From Alkalilimnicola ehrlichii MLHE-1 (GTDB lineage: Bacteria > Pseudomonadota > Gammaproteobacteria > Nitrococcales > Halorhodospiraceae), in assembly GCF_000014785.1 (NCBI RefSeq), contig NC_008340.1, positions 1,050,001 through 1,082,000 on the forward strand: DNA of 32,000 bases. The letters are read 5' to 3'. Shown here piece by piece: positions 21,703-30,814 of this stretch. The notes under the pieces are model-generated. The model ran no database searches, was not told the DNA's origin, and saw only the letters and a program-made list of their open reading frames with translations. Position 1 is the first letter of the stretch. The number at the start of each line of letters is the position of its first letter. Both the position numbers and the translations under genes were made by a program.

Positions 21703-23595
21703 ATGAGCAACCGTTACGACGCCGCGGATATCGAAGTCCTCACCGGGCTGGAGCCGGTGCGCAAGCGCCCGGGCATGTACACCGACACCAGCCGGCCCAA
21801 CCACCTGGCCCAGGAAGTCATCGACAACAGCGTCGACGAGGTGATGGCCGGCCACGCCACCCGCGTGGACGTCACCCTTTTCCGCGACGGCAGCCTGGAG
21901 GTGCGGGACGACGGCCGGGGCATGCCGGTGGACGTCCACCCGGGGCAGGGGCGCCCGGGGGTGGAGGTCATCCTCGGCACCCTGCACGCCGGCGGCAAGT
22001 TCTCCGGCAAGAACTACCAGTACTCCGGCGGCCTGCACGGCGTGGGGGTGTCGGTGGTGAATGCCCTCTCCCGGCGGCTGGAGGTGCGGGTGCGCCGCGG
22101 TGGCATCGAGTACATGATGAGCTTCGCCCACGGCGAAAAGACCTCAGAGCTGACCGAGGTGGGCAAGGTGGCCAAGAAGGACACCGGCACCCTGCTGCGC
22201 TTTTGGCCCGACACCAAGTACTTCGACTCACCGAAATTCTCCATCCCGCGGATGCGGCATGTGCTGCGCGCCAAGGCGGTGCTCTGCCCGGGGCTGGTGG
22301 TGCGTTTTTATGACGAAGCCGCGGAGGAGGAGACCGTCTGGTGTTACGAGGACGGGCTGAAGGACTACCTCAGCGGCGCCCTGCAGGAGTGGCAGACCCT
22401 GCCCACCGAGCCCTTCATCGGGCGGATGAGCTCGGACCACGAGGCCGCCGAATGGGCCGTCACCTGGCTGCCGGAGGGCGGCGAGGCCATCACCGAGAGC
22501 TACGTCAACCTCATCCCCACCGCCCAGGGCGGCACCCACGTCAACGGCCTGCGCTCCGGGCTCACCGAGGCCATCCGCGAGTTCTGCGAGTTCCGCAATC
22601 TGTTGCCGCGCGGCGTGCGTATCACCCCGGAGGACGTCTGGGAGCGGGTCAGTTATGTGTTGTCGGTCAAGCTGGAGGACCCGCAGTTCTCCGGTCAGAC
22701 CAAGGAGCGGCTCTCCTCGCGCGAGTGCGCCACCTTCGTCTCGGGGGTGGTTAAGGATGCCTTCAGCCTGTGGCTGAACCAGCACGTGGAGGACGCCGAG
22801 GCCATCGTCCAGCTCATCATCTCCGCCGCCCAGCGGCGGATGCGCGCGTCCCGCAAGGTGGCCCGCAAGCGCGTCACCCAGGGCCCGGCACTGCCCGGCA
22901 AGCTGGCCGACTGCGCCGCCCAGGACCCGGCGCGCACCGAGCTCTTCCTGGTGGAGGGCGACTCCGCCGGCGGCTCCGCCAAACAGGCCCGCGACCGCGA
23001 GTTCCAGGCCGTCATGCCCCTGCGTGGCAAGATCCTGAACACCTGGGAGGTCGCGCCCGACGAGGTGATGGCCTCGCAGGAGGTGCACGATATCGCCGTG
23101 GCCCTGGGCACCGACCCAGGCTCAGAGCAGCTCGATGGCCTGCGCTACGGCAAGATCTGCATTCTCGCCGACGCCGACCCCGACGGCGCCCACATCGCCA
23201 CCCTGCTGTGCGCCCTCTTTCTCAAGCACTTCCCGGCGCTGGTGCGCGCCGGCCATGTCTTCGTGGCCATGCCGCCGCTCTACCGCATCGACGTGGGCAA
23301 ACAGACCTTCTACGCCCTGGACGAGCACGAGCGCCAGGGCGTGCTCGACCGCATCGCCGCCGAGAAGCTGAAGGGCAAGGTGGCCGTCACCCGGTTCAAG
23401 GGCCTGGGCGAGATGAACCCGCTGCAATTGCGCGAGACCACCATGGCCCCCGACACCCGGCGACTGGTGCAATTGATGGTGGACGACGCCGAGGCCACCG
23501 AGGCGTTGATGGCCCAGTTGCTGGGCAAGCGCAATGCGTCGCAGCGGCGGCGGTGGTTGGAGGATAAGGGGAATATGGCGGAGGCGATGGTTTGA
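21703..23595 (+). CDS. parE: DNA topoisomerase IV subunit B
   Basis: LTGLEPVRKRPGMYTDTSRPNHLAQEVIDNSVDE, VEGDSAGGSAKQARDREFQAVMPLRGKILN. Confidence 0.97.
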   Translation: MSNRYDAADIEVLTGLEPVRKRPGMYTDTSRPNHLAQEVIDNSVDEVMAGHATRVDVTLFRDGSLEVRDDGRGMPVDVHPGQGRPGVEVILGTLHAGGKFSGKNYQYSGGLHGVGVSVVNALSRRLEVRVRRGGIEYMMSFAHGEKTSELTEVGKVAKKDTGTLLRFWPDTKYFDSPKFSIPRMRHVLRAKAVLCPGLVVRFYDEAAEEETVWCYEDGLKDYLSGALQEWQTLPTEPFIGRMSSDHEAAEWAVTWLPEGGEAITESYVNLIPTAQGGTHVNGLRSGLTEAIREFCEFRNLLPRGVRITPEDVWERVSYVLSVKLEDPQFSGQTKERLSSRECATFVSGVVKDAFSLWLNQHVEDAEAIVQLIISAAQRRMRASRKVARKRVTQGPALPGKLADCAAQDPARTELFLVEGDSAGGSAKQARDREFQAVMPLRGKILNTWEVAPDEVMASQEVHDIAVALGTDPGSEQLDGLRYGKICILADADPDGAHIATLLCALFLKHFPALVRAGHVFVAMPPLYRIDVGKQTFYALDEHERQGVLDRIAAEKLKGKVAVTRFKGLGEMNPLQLRETTMAPDTRRLVQLMVDDAEATEALMAQLLGKRNASQRRRWLEDKGNMAEAMV

Positions 23596-23960
23596 GACCA
23601 GCGCCTGGCGGGGTTTGAGGTCGTCTGCGGTGATTTGGACGGCCTGGGCTCCTGCTATCTCTCAGCGTCCTGGCTGGTATACTGGGCCTTCGAAGGCGTC
23701 GGTGGGCCGCACCCCGTAACCGGCGCCGGGCCATCGGGCCGGTGCGGCGGCTTACGATGCTCCCTAGTTCGGTCCCATTGCTGTGTTCGGCAAGCAGCAT
23801 TCTTGCCTTCCCGCGCGTAGTGCATAGCCCGATCCGAGTACGGAGCGGACCGGTCTCCAGTGCTCTGCAGCGCGTGTCTCGGGGTGGGCTAGCTTGCCGG
23901 ATGGCGCACCTGCCATCCTCATTCTTGTTCCCGTCCCCTGTCCAGCATCGCCGTCTTGGG

Positions 23961-26900
23961 GGGCGATCCCCGCAGGGGCGGGGGAGCCGTCACCACCCTC
24001 ATCAACCAGTCCGGCTTCCGGGGTCTATCCCCGCAGGCGCGGGGGAGCCGAGGCCCTACCGGAGTGGGGCTTGGCTAATAGAGGTCTATCCCCGCAGGCG
24101 CGGGGGAGCCAAGGCTCAGGCGCCGACGCAGTCCACCGGCGAGGGTCTATCCCCGCAGGCGCGGGGGAGCCAACACGCTAGCCGCCCCGGGAAACTTGGC
24201 CCGGGGTCTATCCCCGCAGGCGCGGGGGAGCCAGCCGGCGCAGGTGCTCGCACCCGTACTGCAGAGGTCTATCCCCGCAGGCGCGGGGGAGCCTTAAGGT
24301 GGAGGTGAGTAATGATGGTGAAACTAGGTCTATCCCCGCAGGCGCGGGGGAGCCTGCTAGAACAGGAAATCAAGGCGCTGCGTGAGGGGTCTATCCCCGC
24401 AGGCGCGGGGGAGCCCGGGGACTACACCGGGGAAAAGCACTTGCAATGGGTCTATCCCCGCAGGCGCGGGGGAGCCTGGTATCCCGAGGAGCTAGCGACG
24501 GGTGATATCGGTCTATCCCCGCAGGCGCGGGGGAGCCCCGGGCGGGACCCTCGGGCACCGGCGCCCACCGGGTCTATCCCCGCAGGCGCGGGGGAGCCGC
24601 CGGGTTGTCCGGGTTGGGGTCTTGGGGTCAAGGTCTATCCCCGCAGGCGCGGGGGAGCCGATGCCGAAGAGTTCGAGGAAACGATTTACAAGGGTCTATC
24701 CCCGCAGGCGCGGGGGAGCCGCAGGAAACACACCTGATGCCGGCCCTCACTCGGGGTCTATCCCCGCAGGCGCGGGGGAGCCTGCAAGACTGGCGCAGGA
24801 GCGCGGAGAAACAGAGGTCTATCCCCGCAGGCGCGGGGGAGCCGGATCAAGTGGGCGCTGACTGCCGTGGGCCTGTGGTCTATCCCCGCAGGCGCGGGGG
24901 AGCCGAGTTGGCAAGTATCCATTATTGACCCCTTCAGGGTCTATCCCCGCAGGCGCGGGGGAGCCCAGTACCAGGTTTCCGGGTTCGACTCGGCCTCAGG
25001 TCTATCCCCGCAGGCGCGGGGGAGCCTCGGAGTCAATGTGGAGGGTCGGGTACTGCGGGGGTCTATCCCCGCAGGCGCGGGGGAGCCTCCGTCTTCTGGA
25101 TATCAAGACCAGCCTCTCCAGGTCTATCCCCGCAGGCGCGGGGGAGCCTGGACCACCAGGCTGCTGGCCACTCGGTGCCGGGGTCTATCCCCGCAGGCGC
25201 GGGGGAGCCCCCGGCTGGTACGGATCGACCGCCTCAGCAAAGGGTCTATCCCCGCAGGCGCGGGGGAGCCTGTGACCATACCTCCACTTCCTCACCGCGG
25301 TGCGGTCTATCCCCGCAGGCGCGGGGGAGCCGTACCGTCATCCCCTACAACCAGCCACACACCGGGTCTATCCCCGCAGGCGCGGGGGAGCCACCCGGGG
25401 CCGGATCATCGCCCAGGTGGAGAGGGGTCTATCCCCGCAGGCGCGGGGGAGCCACGGCAGCACGGAGGAGCAGGAGATGGCCCGAGGGTCTATCCCCGCA
25501 GGCGCGGGGGAGCCACCAAGCCTGAGACCGTACCTGGTGCCGCCTGGGGTCTATCCCCGCAGGCGCGAGGGAGCCGAAGTGGACGCCTTTCGAGATCATG
25601 CAGCTGCGGGTCTATCCCCGCAGGCGCGGGGGAGCCCAGAACCCTAATCTGGAGGTCCGGGCCGGGCGAGGTCTATCCCCGCAGGCGCGGGGGAGCCCAG
25701 GTGCTGCACGGCAAGGTGCGCGTTGCGGAGGGTCTATCCCCGCAGGCGCGGGGGAGCCGCAACGAATACCAGCGCGCCGAGATCAACGACAGGTCTATCC
25801 CCGCAGGCGCGGGGGAGCCGCGCTCGGGTGAGCGAGCGGGCTGCTGGGGTTGGGTCTATCCCCGCAGGCGCGGGGGAGCCCACCACGCGACCGGCACCGC
25901 CCCGGGCTTGTAGGGTCTATCCCCGCAGGCGCGGGGGAGCCGCCGAGGGTACAGCTTGACCGACCAGCCTCGCGGGTCTATCCCCGCAGGCGCGGGGGAG
26001 CCTTGGCGCGGGGTGGCCGAGCCGGGAGGTGAACGGGTCTATCCCCGCAGGCGCGGGGGAGCCACCAGGTGGGCCAGGAACTCCTCGTCGAACTCGGGTC
26101 TATCCCCGCAGGCGCGGGGGAGCCCGAGGTCAGGAGGAAGTATGCCCCCCATCCCTGGGTCTATCCCCGCAGGCGCGGGGGAGCCTTCCAGACCGACACC
26201 ATCAGCTGCCCGCGGTAGGGTCTATCCCCGCAGGCGCGGGGGAGCCAGCGGCCAGATCGATGCGATCCTCACCGACCAGGGTCTATCCCCGCAGGCGCGG
26301 GGGAGCCCAGAAAACAGCCCCGCCCACGCGGCGGGGCACAGGTCTATCCCCGCAGGCGCGGGGGAGCCATACTCCTTCAGTCGGCTCTCTGCCTGCTTGC
26401 CGGTCTATCCCCGCAGGCGCGGGGGAGCCTGGGCCTTGAAGTAGCCCTCGTCGTCTGCGTGGGGTCTATCCCCGCAGGCGCGGGGGAGCCCAGGTGCTGC
26501 ACGGCAAGGTGTCCGTCCGCGAGGGTCTATCCCCGCAGGCGCGGGGGAGCCGGTGGTCAGGCCCGGCAGCGGGATCTCGCCCAGGGTCTATCCCCGCAGG
26601 CGCGGGGGAGCCGCGGATAAACTCTTGCTTCGATGCCGCGTCAAGGGTCTATCCCCGCAGGCGCGGGGGAGCCGCCAACGTGCGCCGGTGGGAGTCCCCG
26701 GAGGAGGGTCTATCCCCGCAGGCGCGGGGGAGCCCGCGTCGGGCTGCTGACACGCCAGGCGCGGGAGGGTCTATCCCCGCAGGCGCGGGGGAGCCACCCT
26801 TTAGATGATTGGTACGGCTTGAGCCCGGGGTCTATCCCCGCAGGCGCGGGGGAGCCAACAAACTCGTGCAGAGTGGATGATGGTCCAAAGGTCTATCCCC

Positions 26901-29602
26901 GCAGGCGCGGGGGAGCCAAGCGCATCATTCCGCCGGGGGGTACGCTGGAGGGTCTATCCCCGCAGGCGCGGGGGAGCCAGCAACACTAAGCCGTAACGCA
27001 ACCCCTTGCCGGGTCTATCCCCGCAGGCGCGGGGGAGCCCCGTTATCGCCCATTTCCTGCGCGCTGGCGGTGGGTCTATCCCCGCAGGCGCGGGGGAGCC
27101 CTCGAGGCCGCCGCCGGTATTCTGCGCCTCGACGGTCTATCCCCGCAGGCGCGGGGGAGCCAGAGAGCGTATTCCAGTACGTGGAGGTGTCCGAGGTCTA
27201 TCCCCGCAGGCGCGGGGGAGCCCTCTTGGTGCGCCTCTTCCATCTCGCGCTCTAGGGTCTATCCCCGCAGGCGCGGGGGAGCCCGGCCGCATGTTGCGCT
27301 TGTTCGATCACGGTAAGGTCTATCCCCGCAGGCGCGGGGGAGCCTCGCGATTGGCGTTAATGCCAAATTGCTTAAGGGGTCTATCCCCGCAGGCGCGGGG
27401 GAGCCGATATCAGCGGCGCGCAGGAGATTCGCTGGACGGGTCTATCCCCGCAGGCGCGGGGGAGCCAAAGTCAGTTGCTTCAGTTGCTTTAGGGGTAAAG
27501 GGTCTATCCCCGCAGGCGCGGGGGAGCCCCGGAGGCAAACTGCTCAATCTGCCCCGGCAGGGGTCTATCCCCGCAGGCGCGGGGGAGCCAGGTAGACATT
27601 GGCCCATAGCTGGCTGGTCAGGGGTCTATCCCCGCAGGCGCGGGGGAGCCCTCCCTGGGCATCCCGCGTCAACTCCCTGCCGGGGTCTATCCCCGCAGGC
27701 GCGGGGGAGCCACGTTGGGCTTGTGCTTCTTGCCCGGGGGCAGGGGTCTATCCCCGCAGGCGCGGGGGAGCCCCACTCGGCGCACCGTGCGCCTCGGTCT
27801 TTTCGGGTCTATCCCCGCAGGCGCGGGGGAGCCTGGGAGAAGGCCCACCCCGAGTTTCTAGCCACGGGTCTATCCCCGCAGGCGCGGGGGAGCCCCAGAC
27901 CCGAGAAGTTGGACCGAGGAAGGTCGAGGTCTATCCCCGCAGGCGCGGGGGAGCCTTCAGTTCGTCTGCGCAATCCTCGATGGTGAAAGGTCTATCCCCG
28001 CAGGCGCGGGGGAGCCGGGCCTGCTCGGGCTGGCCGACGGCGATATTGAGGTCTATCCCCGCAGGCGCGGGGGAGCCGGAATATCGGCCACGAATGTTTT
28101 TCCATCACTGGGTCTATCCCCGCAGGCGCGGGGGAGCCACTTCAAAGTCGTGCTTGAGCGGCGTTGCCACGGGTCTATCCCCGCAGGCGCGGGGGAGCCG
28201 CAGGCATGAGCGTGCATATCCACACGGACCTAGGTCTATCCCCGCAGGCGCGGGGGAGCCTTCGGGACGCGCCGCATGGCGGAACGCCCGTGGGGTCTAT
28301 CCCCGCAGGCGCGGGGGAGCCTTCTGGAAAGGCATCGCAGCCGAACTGGAGTGGGGTCTATCCCCGCAGGCGCGGGGGAGCCGGAGCCGTCCGGGGTCTG
28401 CTCTTCGGACTGCAGGGTCTATCCCCGCAGGCGCGGGGGAGCCACGCCACCATCCCGGCCCAGCTCACACCTTCCAGGTCTATCCCCGCAGGCGCGGGGG
28501 AGCCCGCTATCGGACGCGCCGGGCTCTACTCCGATAAGGTCTATCCCCGCAGGCGCGGGGGAGCCTTCGCCAGACTGCCCCACTCGGTGCTGATAAAAGG
28601 TCTATCCCCGCAGGCGCGGGGGAGCCTGACAGTGCCAGGCCCGCCCGCTCGCTGACCCAGGTCTATCCCCGCAGGCGCGGGGGAGCCTCGTCTTCGGTGC
28701 TATCCTGTGTGGCAGTCTGAGGTCTATCCCCGCAGGCGCGGGGGAGCCTTCTAGCCTCTCTTTGTGCCGGTTCTCTTCCAGGGTCTATCCCCGCAGGCGC
28801 GGGGGAGCCGCAAGAATGTGCCGGTGACCTCAATGGACTCAAGGTCTATCCCCGCAGGCGCGGGGGAGCCTTCGCTGAGGCGCTCCTGGTGCTGTGCCTC
28901 AAGGGTCTATCCCCGCAGGCGCGGGGGAGCCCTCGTGTTCGAGTTCGAGCGCGGGTTGTTCAAGGGTCTATCCCCGCAGGCGCGGGGGAGCCTCGTTCTG
29001 TAGCTGGATCAGCTCGCCTTCCAGGGGTCTATCCCCGCAGGCGCGGGGGAGCCATTACCACGGCGGGTGGGAAGAAATACACTACAGGTCTATCCCCGCA
29101 GGCGCGGGGGAGCCGGCTTGCTCGGCAAAGAGCTGCAGCGGCAGCGAGGTCTATCCCCGCAGGCGCGGGGGAGCCCGGCAGCGAGCTGGCAGGGAATTGG
29201 GGCTGTGGGGTCTATCCCCGCAGGCGCGGGGGAGCCAGCCCTCGCCGCCGCCGGTGCCGGCATGGATCGGGTCTATCCCCGCAGGCGCGGGGGAGCCACC
29301 AGCTTGAGGCCGCTCTGCCATTCCCAGACGGGTCTATCCCCGCAGGCGCGGGGGAGCCCGGTTCTGCACGCGCCGCACCGGGCCGGTGATGGGTCTATCC
29401 CCGCAGGCGCGGGGGAGCCGGCGCTACTGGCCATAGGCAGATCGAGATCTACGGTCTATCCCCGCAGGCGCGGGGGAGCCTACCGAATCACCTCATCGGA
29501 TATGGCAACCGCGGGTCTATCCCCGCAGGCGCGGGGGAGCCGTCGAGGTAGAGCTGCTGCGTCGACAACTCCGGGGTCTATCCCCGCAGGCGCGGGGGAG
29601 CC
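23961..29602 (-). CRISPR. Type I-E CRISPR array: 93 repeats (first, leader-distal one degenerate), 92 spacers, 61-bp period
   Basis: Repeat in crRNA sense (minus) GGCTCCCCCGCGCCTGCGGGGATAGACC (28 nt conserved, CCCCGC/GCGGGG stem). Repeat starts walked one by one from 23961 to 29575; spacers 33 nt except two of 34 nt. Direction inferred from E. coli-like repeat orientation, cas2 adjacency and the degenerate distal repeat. Confidence 0.99.
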
Positions 29603-29649
29603 TCTAGACGATAATAGGCTGAATTTACTGAATTGTTAAAGACCGAGTG
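29603..29649 (-). promoter_or_regulatory. CRISPR leader (short, AT-rich), may extend into the 3' end of cas2
   Basis: 47 bp between cas2 stop and first repeat, crRNA sense CACTCGGTCTTTAACAATTCAGTAAATTCAGCCTATTATCGTCTAGA, much more AT-rich than its surroundings. Confidence 0.75.
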
Positions 29650-29946
29650 TTAATTTGGGCGGCGCGCGAGCACGATGCCATCAATCTCCTCAAGGGCTAC
29701 TGAGGGCATGCCCAGAGTTGCGACAGCCTGTCCGCCAGGTGTGTTTTGATCCGCCCAGACCATGATGACGGAGGCGTCTTGCTCATAGGGCCACCAGTCT
29801 TCCAACACGTTCCAGATCCGCACGCGTACGGCAGCGGACAGGCGGGGTGCACTGTAAACACCCGGCGCGAGTTCCAGCATGGAGGATGCGAGGAAGCCGC
29901 GGGTGCGGTCACTAACGTTACGTGTTACGACCATTGTCATCGGCAT
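29650..29946 (-). CDS. cas2: CRISPR-associated endoribonuclease/integration protein Cas2, type I-E
   Basis: MVVTRNVSDRTRGFLASSMLELAPGVYSAPRLSAAVRVRIWNVLEDW; start may be 29940 or 29934. Confidence 0.96.
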   Translation of the reverse strand: MPMTMVVTRNVSDRTRGFLASSMLELAPGVYSAPRLSAAVRVRIWNVLEDWWPYEQDASVIMVWADQNTPGGQAVATLGMPSVALEEIDGIVLARRPN

Positions 29947-30814
29947 TGATCAGGTCCTTTATTCGATCGATCATCTTCGGGATGACTTTATGGCGTTGAA
30001 ATGCGCTCGCCGCGTCTCGGCGCAAGGTGCGTTCGATACTGAGGGTCGGGTCGTCAAGAACCTTTCGGGCGGCCTGGAATGCCAACGGGACGGTGATTTC
30101 GCCCCGGTAGAGGTCGGCAATGTCCAGTGTAAAAGCGTTACTCGATTCCTCATGGATAAAGCCGAGCGGTGGCAGCGCGCCGGTGGCGGCCACAGCAATG
30201 TCTGCGGCGGCCTCCACGAACGTTGCCGCATGGTTGATGGCCTGGTTGGGGACGTCCGCTGCAGATGGGTTGTTGCGATTGTAACGGCGCCCCTTCCAAG
30301 GAATGCCGAAGCGGCTGGCTTCCACCCGGTAGAGCTCCTTGATGCGTCCGCCTTCAATGCCGCGCAGTACAGCGATGTCTTTATGAGGAAGCACGCGCCC
30401 GAAGCGAAAGGCGTACATGCGTCGTGCGACGTCGAGCCGTTGGGTTTTGTTCGCCCAAAGCGTGGCGTGGCGCCGGGCCACATCTGAGCGGCCTTGGCCC
30501 ATTGGCGGAGCCGTGTAGTATTTGGTGCCACCCCCGCCAATAGCGGCCAACAGCGTCCCGTGGCGTGCAAGGAGGCGTAATACATCGTGCGTGACCGTAC
30601 TGCCAGGGCCGAGCAGAATCATTGAGAGGCCTTGGTACGGAATCGCATAATCACCGGCGGCCAGGTCTTCGGACTCTGCTGCCGTGAAATGCAGCGTGCC
30701 ATCCTCTACGTACAGCCGTCCGCGTGTCAGCCACAGCAAGCCATGACGATCCACGTGAGGAATACGGGCACCGGAAAGGCCGAGGCGCCCTGGTAGGAAA
30801 CCTCCCTCGCTCAT
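29918..30814 (-). CDS. cas1: CRISPR-associated integrase Cas1, type I-E
   Basis: GLSMILLGPGSTVTHDVLRLLARHGTLLAAIG, LRGIEGGRIKELYRVEASRFGIPWKGRRY, LDIADLYRGEITVPLAFQAAR. Confidence 0.97.
   Translation of the reverse strand: MSEGGFLPGRLGLSGARIPHVDRHGLLWLTRGRLYVEDGTLHFTAAESEDLAAGDYAIPYQGLSMILLGPGSTVTHDVLRLLARHGTLLAAIGGGGTKYYTAPPMGQGRSDVARRHATLWANKTQRLDVARRMYAFRFGRVLPHKDIAVLRGIEGGRIKELYRVEASRFGIPWKGRRYNRNNPSAADVPNQAINHAATFVEAAADIAVAATGALPPLGFIHEESSNAFTLDIADLYRGEITVPLAFQAARKVLDDPTLSIERTLRRDAASAFQRHKVIPKMIDRIKDLINADDNGRNT

Noticed and set aside
25154-28598. Spacers 25149-25181 and 28566-28598 sharing about 10 nt (CACTCGGTGC)
   Set aside because: Short GC-rich match with different positions in each spacer; expected by chance among 92 spacers, unlike the 21-nt match reported.
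24312-29639. Long plus-strand ORFs (for example 24867-25913, 27006-27986, 27599-28537) with repeated GLSPQARGS / VYPRRRGGA / SIPAGAGEP peptides, resembling a repetitive protein
   Set aside because: These are translations of the CRISPR repeat. The 61-bp period shifts frame each unit and the GC-rich repeat has no stop in any of these three frames. The three peptides are simply its three frames.
29603-29700. IHF binding site in the CRISPR leader
   Set aside because: I looked for WATCAANNNNTTR on both strands. Only poor partial matches occur, such as CATCAATCTCCT inside cas2, too divergent to claim.
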